Assembly: GCA_963702095.1 (NCBI GenBank)
Contig: OY969706.1
Span: 2,272,001-2,336,000, forward strand
Origin: Candidatus Bathyarchaeota archaeon
Lineage (GTDB): Archaea; Thermoproteota; Bathyarchaeia; Bathyarchaeales; Bathycorpusculaceae
Direction of reading: 5' to 3'
Length of the DNA: 64,000 bases
A program made the position numbers and the translations under genes. The notes beneath the pieces were generated by a model that saw only the letters and a program-made list of their open reading frames with translations, was not told the origin of the DNA and ran no database searches. Position 1 is the first letter of the stretch. Every line of letters starts with the position of its first letter. Shown piece by piece: positions 10,203 to 19,561 of this stretch.

Positions 10203-10223
10203 GCGGTTGCGTGCTACAACCGC
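10203..10223. promoter_or_regulatory. Palindromic operator candidate upstream of the paralog 1 TATA box
   Basis: GCGGTTG-N7-CAACCGC perfect inverted repeat next to TTATAAAT (minus, ~10191-10198). Confidence 0.55.
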
Positions 10224-10284
10224 AGATTTAGTCAATTTCAACATATAATTAAGCAAAAAATAGATGGAGAAAAAAGACTCTGCA

Positions 10285-11085
10285 TTAAATACTTTTGGAA
10301 TTTTGCCACAATAGCTCAAAATATTCTTGGAATACACCCACAACCGTAGTGTTATCCATAAGTAAACTCGCAGTCATAGGCTTAGAAATCATAGGTTCGA
10401 TAGTAACGAAAACCTTTTTCTTATCCCATAGCGATAACGTAGCTTGAGGGATCGCCTCAGTTCTTTTAATCGCAATATTACCGTAATCCCCAAAAAAACC
10501 GGATAACTCCACGGGATTTTTGTTTTTTTCAGTAAAAATGATAAGCCGTATTTTTATGCCCCTAAGTAATAGTTTTTTAAACATCACTACAAAAAAATCC
10601 TTTCGTAATTCTACATCGCGGTAAAAAAGAATACCATCATGGCAACTCTTGCTTAAGTCAACCAATTCGTTCAATTTTCGGAATGTGAATTTTTCACCGG
10701 GGACAAGAGCGAATTGACATGATTTCCCCTCGTTAGATCCATTGCTTCTCTGTTTGTATCTTTCCAATAATTTCTTCGCGTTGATCTCATTTTCTTCATA
10801 ATCGCTCTTCCTATGTTCAAGTAACAGTCTTAAACCTTCATTCATCGGCAACGCTTTAAAGGTGGTTGGATTAGTCAGAAACTGTTCGACCAAATTGAGT
10901 TTGAATAGTTCTTTTACCGCTCGATAGACATTGGCTCTATCAATCTTTGAGATTGATGCGAGAGTGTTTACCGTTGCGTTCTCCAATTCTAAAATAGCAA
11001 GGTAAATTTTAGCTTGACTTTTAGTCAGCCCGAGACTCGTCAAAGTCTGAATTTCAGACTCCAGATTAACATTTATTGATGTCAT
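10285..11085 (-). CDS. TrmB-family transcriptional regulator
   Basis: LTSLGLTKSQAKIYLAIL...IDRANVYRAVKEL...PTTFKALP; C-terminal effector domain ending FELLW. Confidence 0.88.
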   Translation of the reverse strand: MTSINVNLESEIQTLTSLGLTKSQAKIYLAILELENATVNTLASISKIDRANVYRAVKELFKLNLVEQFLTNPTTFKALPMNEGLRLLLEHRKSDYEENEINAKKLLERYKQRSNGSNEGKSCQFALVPGEKFTFRKLNELVDLSKSCHDGILFYRDVELRKDFFVVMFKKLLLRGIKIRLIIFTEKNKNPVELSGFFGDYGNIAIKRTEAIPQATLSLWDKKKVFVTIEPMISKPMTASLLMDNTTVVGVFQEYFELLWQNSKSI

Positions 11086-11110
11086 TCTTAAGCGCTCTTA
11101 TTAGATTAGA

Positions 11111-11215
11111 GGTTTGCTGGGGCTCTGGAACCCGATTAAGGAAGAGAAGAATGGAAAATGCAAATAACCATTCTCAACTACCCGCGATTATTAGATTTTC
11201 CAGAGCCCGCTCAGC
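11111..11215. repeat. Repeat family A copy 2
   Basis: ggtttgctggggctctggaacccgattaaggaagagaagaatggaaaatgcaaataaccattc...tccagagcccgctcagc. Confidence 0.92.
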
Positions 11216-11276
11216 CACTACTTAGCTGTTCTAATCCCAAAAAAAGGGAAAGGGAAATTATTTCAATCAATTGTTT

Positions 11277-13889
11277 TTATGGTCGTTTCCTAAGCGCTAG
11301 TATACCGAAGATTGCGACTGCGATTATGACCGCTATGCCTGTTCCTACGATAGTCATTGTATAGTCAGCTTGCACTGGTATCTGTGGCTGTGCCGTAGGT
11401 TCTGGTGCATTATCTACTTGTATGGCAGATTCGGCGTATGAGCCGTAATAGGATTTAGAGCCTGCAAATGTAGCAAGGATAGTGTATTTACCGGGAACCT
11501 CCGGAGTAAACACATAGCTATAACTGCCGCTTGTATCACTGGTAGTTCTACCGACTTCATAGAAGTTGTTGTTTGGATCAATCACTGACAAAACCACCTC
11601 AACACCTGTAGCGTTGGTGGGCTGTACCTGATCCATCCACAGATAAGCCATCCATGCACTTTGGGATTCGTCAGAAACTGCGGGAACACCATTGGGGAAA
11701 CGCGTTGTCAGTTCAGTATTTTGTGAATAACCTGGACTATTATCTGTAACTGTGCCTTCCACAATTACGCTGTTGCCATTCACTGAAGTCTTCGGTGATG
11801 CTGTGACAGTTGTTGAGCTTTGACCTTTACCGAAAGCGTAAAGTTGCATATCATAGCTGTTGAGGCCTACAAGGATGCCGTCTGAGATGATGATGTTGCT
11901 TGGGGTAATATAAGCATCAGCCCAGAAAGGCACACTAAATATTTCAGTACCATCAGTCGCATTGATGCAGCGAATCATTGCTCCGCGCCAGAAAGGCTGG
12001 TTTGGCGAGTGCTCACTTGAGGTAAAGTATAGTTTTCCGTCAGACATGCACCCGTATATTAGCGGGTAATTCGGGTAGGGAGATTCTGTTCCAATGGTGT
12101 CAGCAACGTATTTCCAAAGAACATTACCGTTAGTGACGTTGTAAGCGTTTACTTCACCGCCCATGCCATAGGTTATCAACATACCGTCGTAGATTATGCT
12201 ACTCATAGTGAAGAAGTTCCATTCAGTCTCTGGGTCGCTATGCCACACCTGTTGTCCAGTCGTCAAGTCATAAGCATACCATGTCCTTAAGTCATCGTTT
12301 TTAAAGAAGAAGCGGTTGTATTCCGGATACACTTTATCGAAGGTCATAGATAAGTTGCCGGGGGATGTTGATGGCGGCGTAAAAGTAATATTACTCAGCA
12401 GAGTGCCTTCAGAACCTGTCTTCAGGCTTACAGTCCAAAGTTGACCCGTTGTAGTCACTGAAGTCCCTAAGCCTACAGGATTTGAATCTGAAGAGCTTAT
12501 GCCTGTTGTTCCACCGATGATAGATTCGCCTTCACGAATTGACATTATCGAACCAGCTAAGTCAGGCACTGAGACGTTCAATGAGTAACCGTTGGCGCCG
12601 TTTACAGTTGCACTGCCTCTTGCTAAACCGAATTCGCTATCAGCAGCTACAAAGTTGCCAAATGGATCACTTGCACCGAATAGTACAGCTCTTGAAGTAT
12701 TCCAAATTTGCAAATAGCGGTTGGGGTTTGTAGCGTTTCCAATATTAACAATGTTGTAACGCAATACGCTTCCGTCTTTGCCCGTAACAGTTGTGCCGCT
12801 GCCAGCGTTAGTTATGTTGAAAATCGCCTTGTTCGAGTATGGATCATATGCAGTCCATGTGGTGCCGCTGATTGACCATAGATATGGGAAGACTCCGTGC
12901 ACGTTCATAGAATGGTAGTTCATCAACGAAGCAAAGTTTAAGGTTCCTGATCGCCAGAGGTCTGTTAGCTCTTCGCCTGAATACAAATCGTAGACGTAAA
13001 CGCCTGCATTTTGGTCCCATGTGTTGATGTTTCTTTGGCAGTAAATTTTTCCGTCGACTATCACTGAGGGCTGACTAAATGCTTGGTATTCTTTGCCGAT
13101 CCAAAAGCCTTGTGCTGATTCAAAGCGAGCGTCGACAGCGCCACCGACCCAAAACGGCGTTGCCCATAGTACGTGTCCACTCTCTGGAGCTGAACCGTAG
13201 GCATAGTTAGCTGTTCCACCGTAAGAGCCTGTTGGGTAATACTGAGCACCAGAAGAGGTTCCCAGCCAGTTGCCTAAAATTGGCCACCAATCTCTGCTCA
13301 TACTGTTTACTGGACGAGCCCAATACTCAGTTGGAAGCGGAGATTCAACCCACGTCTCAATCGGATCAGCCTGAACTGTCAAAACGAACGGCTCACTAGT
13401 ACTATCCCCGAAGGTATCGTTGAGATAGGCTTGGTTATATTGTGACTGCGTTGTTCCTGGGCGTAACCCTAATCCCAAATCCCAAGTTATGGTCTCTTTG
13501 GAGTGGTGAGCTACAAATGTGTAGTTACCCTCTTGATCAGGCACATAAACAAAGGAGGCTGCGCCCGCTGCATCAGACATTATAGTGCGTGTTTCGTTAG
13601 TGTTGTCAGGCTTGGTGATTGTTAAGTCGAAAGTCCATCTGCCGCCATATCCATAATTATCAGCTGTCGGCGGCCACCAGTTAAGCCAGACAACGACAAG
13701 CGCGTCTTGACTTACACCAATAGGATTCGGTGACACTGTGACGTAGGTAAAGGTATCATAATTCCATGCGGGAGTGTGCGATTGAGCCATTGGCAAAGCA
13801 ATAAGTGAGATTACAGCGGTTACCATTAGAATCAAGGCCAGCATCGTAAGTTCTGTCTTACCAAGTTTTATTTGTCTAATTTCTTTCAT
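11277..13889 (-). CDS. PQQ-like beta-propeller surface protein, paralog 2
   Basis: 870 aa, same architecture as paralog 1; ends TM + RKRP. Confidence 0.85.
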   Translation of the reverse strand: MKEIRQIKLGKTELTMLALILMVTAVISLIALPMAQSHTPAWNYDTFTYVTVSPNPIGVSQDALVVVWLNWWPPTADNYGYGGRWTFDLTITKPDNTNETRTIMSDAAGAASFVYVPDQEGNYTFVAHHSKETITWDLGLGLRPGTTQSQYNQAYLNDTFGDSTSEPFVLTVQADPIETWVESPLPTEYWARPVNSMSRDWWPILGNWLGTSSGAQYYPTGSYGGTANYAYGSAPESGHVLWATPFWVGGAVDARFESAQGFWIGKEYQAFSQPSVIVDGKIYCQRNINTWDQNAGVYVYDLYSGEELTDLWRSGTLNFASLMNYHSMNVHGVFPYLWSISGTTWTAYDPYSNKAIFNITNAGSGTTVTGKDGSVLRYNIVNIGNATNPNRYLQIWNTSRAVLFGASDPFGNFVAADSEFGLARGSATVNGANGYSLNVSVPDLAGSIMSIREGESIIGGTTGISSSDSNPVGLGTSVTTTGQLWTVSLKTGSEGTLLSNITFTPPSTSPGNLSMTFDKVYPEYNRFFFKNDDLRTWYAYDLTTGQQVWHSDPETEWNFFTMSSIIYDGMLITYGMGGEVNAYNVTNGNVLWKYVADTIGTESPYPNYPLIYGCMSDGKLYFTSSEHSPNQPFWRGAMIRCINATDGTEIFSVPFWADAYITPSNIIISDGILVGLNSYDMQLYAFGKGQSSTTVTASPKTSVNGNSVIVEGTVTDNSPGYSQNTELTTRFPNGVPAVSDESQSAWMAYLWMDQVQPTNATGVEVVLSVIDPNNNFYEVGRTTSDTSGSYSYVFTPEVPGKYTILATFAGSKSYYGSYAESAIQVDNAPEPTAQPQIPVQADYTMTIVGTGIAVIIAVAIFGILALRKRP

Positions 13890-13938
13890 TTTTATTCGCC
13901 TTAACCTTATTTTTTTCCTACATAGCGCTAATAAGCGT

Positions 13939-13957
13939 CACTCACGTATAGTGAGCG
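13939..13957. promoter_or_regulatory. Operator CTCAC-N5-GTGAG, 5 nt upstream of the paralog 2 TATA-like box (CTTATTA, minus)
   Basis: cactcacgtatagtgagcg; same motif and spacing at 17913-17931. Confidence 0.7.
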
Positions 13958-14033
13958 TCAAAAAACGTTAACGTTTTTCGAATTTCGCTAAAAAGGAAAA
14001 AAAAATAAGACACAAACAAAACATCTTAAAGCT

Positions 14034-14711
14034 ATGTTCGATATCGAGCGAATAGTAATAGAGATGGTTTCAGCAATAGCCTGCTTCATCCTCGTAAAAT
14101 TCATGATAAAACCGTTTCAACTGACAGGAGAAACTAGACATCTTTTTTTAGCTCTCGGATTTGGTTTACTTGGCGCATCCTACGCGTTTTCAGCCATATC
14201 GTTCGCGCTTGAAGCACTCCAAACGTGGTCACCTGTTTTCATTAGCTGGTTCTGGGTGGAGCTTCTGGTGAGAGCATTCGCCTTCCTATTTCTCGCAATT
14301 ACATATTACTTTTCAAGATTGGAGAAAAAAACTAAGCCATTATGGAATACAACCCTTGTTATTTTAGTGGCTCTTTTGGCAGTTTTAATCCTATCGGCGA
14401 TTATTTTTCCACAGTTGCCTTGGTCAAGTTATATAACCATCAATATTTATGTGCGGTTTTTTTCTTTGATATGCCTTCTTTACATTTCGATTCAATCTTT
14501 GAGAAGCCATATTGAGCAGGCAGAGCCAAAAACACTTATGGTTCCATTAGGGTACATTCTACTTGGAATAGGAACCTATTCATCGTTGATCGGTGCCGTT
14601 GACTTAACGCTTTTTCCGCTTTTTGGAGCGTTAGTGCTACGCCTAGCTGGTCTCGCGGTCTTGCTTTTCGTTTGCTATAAAACATTCTATAGTAAAGACA
14701 AGAGGGTATAA
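14034..14711 (+). CDS. ~7-TM integral membrane protein (putative sensor), paralog of 18398-19072
   Basis: Alternating hydrophobic helices; shared KP(F/Y).LT, LGFG.LG.S, FAF.F.A.TY.F, PLG, GAL.LR..GL motifs. Confidence 0.8.
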   Translation: MFDIERIVIEMVSAIACFILVKFMIKPFQLTGETRHLFLALGFGLLGASYAFSAISFALEALQTWSPVFISWFWVELLVRAFAFLFLAITYYFSRLEKKTKPLWNTTLVILVALLAVLILSAIIFPQLPWSSYITINIYVRFFSLICLLYISIQSLRSHIEQAEPKTLMVPLGYILLGIGTYSSLIGAVDLTLFPLFGALVLRLAGLAVLLFVCYKTFYSKDKRV

Positions 14712-14713
14712 AC

Positions 14714-14989
14714 GTGAAAATTCAGCGACGTGACAAATTGAAGATTTATGGCGATCTTCTATTTGCCCTCCGTTCTGAATCCAGCACTGAAAAGATTGTG
14801 TTATCCCGAGTTCAAGCAAGAATAAGAGTCCCTTTTGATCGTCTAAAAACATACATTGCAGAGCTAGTGAGTCTTGGTCTGATTGAAGATGAGAGCACAA
14901 TGAGGATTACAAAAAAAGGAACAGAATACCTTAGAGAATACGAAAAGGTCCTTGATTTTATGAAACGCATGGGTATTGCATATCGATAA
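14714..14989 (+). CDS. Small winged-helix DNA-binding protein (HTH_45-like)
   Basis: RRDKLKIYGDLL...RLKTYIAELVSLGLIE...ITKKGTEYL; starts 2 nt after the membrane gene stop. Confidence 0.85.
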   Translation: MKIQRRDKLKIYGDLLFALRSESSTEKIVLSRVQARIRVPFDRLKTYIAELVSLGLIEDESTMRITKKGTEYLREYEKVLDFMKRMGIAYR

Positions 14990-15073
14990 TTTTCAAGGTC
15001 AAAAATTTTTCTAGTATCACCCCCAGAAGAATCAATCTAAATTTGTAAACCTTAGTTTTATTCTTTTGTAAAG

Positions 15074-15178
15074 GGTTTGCTGGGGCTCTGGAACCCGAAC
15101 TAAAGGAGAAAAGAACGGAAAATGCAACTAAACCATTCTCAACCGCGACTACGTTAATTTTATCTAGAGCTTCTCAGC
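15074..15178. repeat. Repeat family A copy 3
   Basis: Same element with variants gaacgg and tctagagcttctcagc. Confidence 0.92.
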
Positions 15179-15244
15179 CAACAGTTATAAATGCAATTTT
15201 GATCCCAAAAAAGGGGGAAAAGGGAAATTGTTTGTTTTTTGTGT

Positions 15245-17860
15245 TTATGGCCGTTTTCTAATCAAGAGTACGCCGACTATCGCTATCGAGATGATTATGG
15301 CGATTACACCGATTGCTAAGTACGTTAGAATTTCACTAGTTGTTGCTAAGTCTGTTTGAACCTGCTGTGTAGGTGCTGGTGTGGCTGCTTCACTTGCATA
15401 GAATGCTGTTTGCGCTGACGCTGGATAGTACGAGTTGGAGCCGGCAAAGCTTGCGATTATCTGGTAGTTGCCTGAAATGTCGGGTGTCCATGTAAAGCCG
15501 AAGGTGCCGCTCGCAGTACTCGTTGTTTGTCCAATTTCGCGGTAGTTGCCGTTTGAGTCGATAACACTAATCGTAATGGGCACACCAGTGATGTTGTAAG
15601 GCATATCTTGCTGCTGGTAGACTGCTTCCATGAAAGCGCTTTGGCTTTCGTCAGAGACACAGGGCAATCCGTAGGGGTATTTGGATGATACTAGAGTTGA
15701 TTCTGTGCCTGGCGAGAAGTCCAAGATTGAGCCTGAGATGGTAATCGGTGTAGAGGTAGTTACTCCGACTGCTGGGGCCTCAACTGTGATACCGCTTGCA
15801 CCTTTGCCGAAGCAGTAAAGCATGTTGTCGTAGGCATTTAGGGATACAAGTTTGCTGTATGCGATGGCTGTGGAGGTGACGCTTGTGTCCAATGTGCGCC
15901 AGATGAGCGAGCCGTCCGTTAAGTTGAGTGCATAGAGTTGGCATCCGTGGAATAGCGGTGGGTTGTATTCATGACCGCCTGTGATGTATGCAACATTATT
16001 GGATTCACAACCGCTTGCAAAACTCCAAAGTGGCCAGATGTTGTAGGGTGTCTCAATTCCAGATGGACCTTGGAGTTTTGTTGTGTTGGAGTACCAGTTT
16101 ATCTCGCCAGTTTTACTATTAACGCTCCAGATGTCTCCGCCTAAACTGTTGACTATGAACGCGTTGTTTGCCTGATACAATTTCATACCAAAGACGTCGT
16201 ATATGTTTGGTTCTGCGCCGTTATCGCCTGTCAGCTGTACTTCCCATGCTTTACTGCAATCCTTTGTGTTTATACCAACGAAATAGCCGTTGACGTTGTT
16301 GCAGATACCGTAGATGCCGTCGCCTGCTACGGTTCCAGTTCTACTCCAAGGCAGCATTGCATTTATCGTCGGATATGTCAAGTTTGCAGAGCCAACTACG
16401 GCACCGGTGTCTTGATTCATTGTTACAATGCAAGTGTAGCCTTTTTGTCCCGTGCTCGGGTTTCCTGCGGTCAAAACCAATTCATTGCCAGTTATTGCAC
16501 TCAATCCAAGGGCGGGGTCAATGGAGACACCGCTGATATTGTTTGGCACTGGCACATCCCACATATAACCTGAGCTAAAGGCGCGGACAGTATTTTTAGA
16601 TACGCTAAACTGACCCGCTGTAAATCCTGCAGCCATGGTCAGGTTAACGCAGGTTAAGTGTGGACCAGTGTTTGTTACAATAGCGTCTGTTGATTGTGTC
16701 GGATGTACGATTTGTGTACCTGCTGTGTTGTTGATAAAGTAGCCGATCAAGTTACCGTTTTCGTCGTTCCGGATTTTTAAATCAGAACCGTTTACTATGC
16801 TGAGAACGTAACTTCCTGTGACAGCGTCGAAGAGGTTCCATTGTGTTCCTGTATTGCGAGGGATGGAACCGCCAGTTTCGCCTGCAGCACAAGTGCCTGT
16901 GGTCCATAGGAATGGTCCGAGAACACCGTACTCGTTCAGGTTTTGATGGAAAGTAACCATGCCGCACCGCAATGTACTCGTAGTGTTGAGCAGCCAAAGA
17001 GTCTCACCAGTATACACGTCGATGGCTATGATGCCTTGTTTACCGGCAGTGCCTGTAGTTGAAGTAAACCATGTGGAGTATAGTATGCCGTTGATGATGA
17101 CAGGAGCGTATCTGGGCTGATACTGGAATGTTGACCAGTAGTGAGACGTAACTTCGTTTCCGCCAAGTTCTCCGCCTGCTACACCGCCGCCGCACCAAGC
17201 TTTCTTCCACAGAACGTGGCCGGATAATACGTCTTCGGTGTATGGATTGTAGTTGCTAGTACTGTTGTATGCGCCTGTGATAGTGAAGGAACTAGCGCCG
17301 GCATATCCATACCAAGCGCCAGTAATCGAGTACCAGTTTTGCGAGTTTTGCGCGGATACCGGTGTTTCCCAATAAGTAGCTGGGAGTGGTGTGAAGGGGT
17401 ATGAGCGTCCAATGTTAGGTTCCTCTTGGACAATAAGCGTTGTTGGTTTACTTGTACTAGCATCAGCGATCATTCCGTTTGTCAATGTTTGTCCTTTGAA
17501 GTAGAATTGTATTGTGTAGTTGCCGACCTTGTCTGGGGCAAAGTACGCACAGGTGCCTTCAGTCGTGTCGGATGTATATGGTCCTAAGGTGGTATTAGTT
17601 CCATCGGGTTTAACTATGTCTACGTAGAAGGGTGTCGCTACTTCACCAGTTGGATATGGAGTTGCAAGGAATATGTTGAGGGTGACTTGTTGACCGACTC
17701 CAGCAGGGTTAGGAAAGACGTTAAGGTAAGCAAAGGTTGGCATGTGGGTCCCTGTGGGGAAAGTGCTATCTCCGTAGGCTGGATGCACTGCGATAACCAT
17801 TGAAAGCAACATTATTATAGCGAGAAAAGCAATCGTAATTTCTTTTTTACGTATTTTCAT
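15245..17860 (-). CDS. PQQ-like beta-propeller surface protein, paralog 3
   Basis: 871 aa; GHEYNPPLFHG motif shared with paralogs 1 and 4; ends TM + RKRP. Confidence 0.85.
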   Translation of the reverse strand: MKIRKKEITIAFLAIIMLLSMVIAVHPAYGDSTFPTGTHMPTFAYLNVFPNPAGVGQQVTLNIFLATPYPTGEVATPFYVDIVKPDGTNTTLGPYTSDTTEGTCAYFAPDKVGNYTIQFYFKGQTLTNGMIADASTSKPTTLIVQEEPNIGRSYPFTPLPATYWETPVSAQNSQNWYSITGAWYGYAGASSFTITGAYNSTSNYNPYTEDVLSGHVLWKKAWCGGGVAGGELGGNEVTSHYWSTFQYQPRYAPVIINGILYSTWFTSTTGTAGKQGIIAIDVYTGETLWLLNTTSTLRCGMVTFHQNLNEYGVLGPFLWTTGTCAAGETGGSIPRNTGTQWNLFDAVTGSYVLSIVNGSDLKIRNDENGNLIGYFINNTAGTQIVHPTQSTDAIVTNTGPHLTCVNLTMAAGFTAGQFSVSKNTVRAFSSGYMWDVPVPNNISGVSIDPALGLSAITGNELVLTAGNPSTGQKGYTCIVTMNQDTGAVVGSANLTYPTINAMLPWSRTGTVAGDGIYGICNNVNGYFVGINTKDCSKAWEVQLTGDNGAEPNIYDVFGMKLYQANNAFIVNSLGGDIWSVNSKTGEINWYSNTTKLQGPSGIETPYNIWPLWSFASGCESNNVAYITGGHEYNPPLFHGCQLYALNLTDGSLIWRTLDTSVTSTAIAYSKLVSLNAYDNMLYCFGKGASGITVEAPAVGVTTSTPITISGSILDFSPGTESTLVSSKYPYGLPCVSDESQSAFMEAVYQQQDMPYNITGVPITISVIDSNGNYREIGQTTSTASGTFGFTWTPDISGNYQIIASFAGSNSYYPASAQTAFYASEAATPAPTQQVQTDLATTSEILTYLAIGVIAIIISIAIVGVLLIRKRP

Positions 17861-17912
17861 TTTTATTTCTCCTGATGTGGCTGCTTGTATGTGGTGGAGC
17901 AGTAATAAGGCT

Positions 17913-17931
17913 CGCTCACTTTTCGTGAGTG
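17913..17931. promoter_or_regulatory. Operator CTCAC-N5-GTGAG upstream of the paralog 3 TATA-like box
   Basis: cgctcacttttcgtgagtg; CTTATTA follows the core after 5 nt on the minus strand. Confidence 0.7.
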
Positions 17932-18397
17932 CAAAAATGTATCAATATTTTTTTGGTATCGATTCTTTAAATAGTCAGAATAGCATCAAATATGTTTATC
18001 CATTAACTGGAATTCCCTGTCACCAGTGCTGTTGCTGAATCATTCTAAGGTGCTTATAGCAACTCGGGCACACCAGACTTATTTTTTTTGCCATGGTCAT
18101 TCGCCATTCAATTGATGTTATTGGGTCAATGCCTTGTTGCCTGCATTTTCAGGCACTTCTGGAGAGAGGTTAGTCGTTTGCATTAATGATGTTTAATTTA
18201 CTTCTTGTTTCACCATCGGCGGTCGTTAACGCTATAGGAAAAGAGACGACCTCTAAGCCAACAAGCCCCATCGTGTTATTTGCGAATAAAAGTTAGCAAC
18301 AGCATGTTTTTAACGAATACAACTAAACCAACAAATTTTTAGAGTATTTAGCGGAAAATCGAAAGTAAAATAAAGATAGGATGTGTAGCTTAGCGGT

Positions 18398-19072
18398 ATG
18401 TACCCTGACAACAATTATGCTACTTACCGGATGATAGCGGAGTTTGCAGCAGCGATTATCTGCATTGTTCTCGTATGGTTCATGTCAAAACCATACAAGT
18501 TGACTAGGAAGGGAAGTTATCTGGGTTTACCACTTGGATTTGGGTTTCTAGGGTTATCATTTCTTCTAGGAGGCATCTCTATTTCAAAAATATTGCCTTC
18601 TAATGCTAATGATATATTTTGGTTACCATGTTTAACTAAAACATTCGCATTCATTTTCATCGCGGCAACATATTTTTTTGCAACCAGAAATTCAGAACTA
18701 AACCGCAAAGTCGGAGACATTACTATTGGGGTCTTAATAGCAGCTCTCGTTGCTTCAATCCTACTTGCATTTGCCGCTCCACAACTTGCTTTAGACTACA
18801 CAGCGGCGAATCAGTACCTAAGAATCTTTAACGTATTTTGTTTAATCTACGTAGTTGTCTTCACACTTCAGAGGCATATTAAGAATCTTGATCCGACAAC
18901 CATTTGGATTCCTTTGGGTTTTATTTTTCTTGCCGTAAGTCAGTATTCACTACTCTTTTGGTATATTGATTATAGTTTTTCTGCATTCGTAGGAGCTCTT
19001 ATCTTGCGGTTTATTGGTTTAGGGATCTTTCTTTTCGTTGCTTATCACAGCTTCTACAAAGAGGCCGGATAA
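18398..19072 (+). CDS. ~7-TM integral membrane protein (putative sensor)
   Basis: Paralog of 14034-14711. Confidence 0.8.
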   Translation: MYPDNNYATYRMIAEFAAAIICIVLVWFMSKPYKLTRKGSYLGLPLGFGFLGLSFLLGGISISKILPSNANDIFWLPCLTKTFAFIFIAATYFFATRNSELNRKVGDITIGVLIAALVASILLAFAAPQLALDYTAANQYLRIFNVFCLIYVVVFTLQRHIKNLDPTTIWIPLGFIFLAVSQYSLLFWYIDYSFSAFVGALILRFIGLGIFLFVAYHSFYKEAG

Positions 19073-19073
19073 A

Positions 19074-19346
19074 ATGAAAAAGATTCCTCGCAGAGACAAA
19101 TTGATGCTTTATGGAGATCTTTTGTCTGTGCTGAGGGACAATAATTACTGTGAAAAAGTAGTTTTAACTAGAATCCAAGTGCGAATTAATGTACCGTTTG
19201 ATAGACTAAAAAATTATATTGAGGAACTAAAAAACCTTGGTTTAATTGAAGACGAGGAATCGCTTCAACTCACCGAAAAAGGAAAGGAATACCTAAAGGA
19301 GTATAAACAGATTCTGCGTTTCATGAAACGCATGGGACTTACCTAA
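19074..19346 (+). CDS. Small winged-helix DNA-binding protein
   Basis: MKKIPRRDKLMLYGDLL...VPFDRLKNYIEEL..LGLIEDE..LTEKGKEYL; paralog of 14714-14989; start ATG 19074. Confidence 0.85.
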   Translation: MKKIPRRDKLMLYGDLLSVLRDNNYCEKVVLTRIQVRINVPFDRLKNYIEELKNLGLIEDEESLQLTEKGKEYLKEYKQILRFMKRMGLT

Positions 19347-19381
19347 TAGTGAAAAAGGTCTTTGCACTGTGCTCCCGAAAT

Positions 19382-19492
19382 GGTTTGCTGGGGCTCTGGA
19401 ACCCGTTTAAGGAAGAAAAGAATGGAAAATGCAACTAAACCATCCTTCAACTACCCTACTACTAGGTTAACTTGATCCAGAGCCCACTCAGC
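19382..19492. repeat. Repeat family A copy 4
   Basis: Same element; 3' two-thirds nearly identical to copy 5. Confidence 0.92.
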
Positions 19493-19561
19493 CCATTTTT
19501 TATCCATTACATTTATTGTTCCCAAAAAAAGGGAAAGGGAAAGTTGTTTGTTACCTGTTTT

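Noticed and set aside
17950-18390. Long spacer between paralog 3 and its regulator pair as a hidden gene or RNA
   Set aside because: Only very short ORFs and no repeat or clear structure recognised; possibly a decayed remnant, unsupported.
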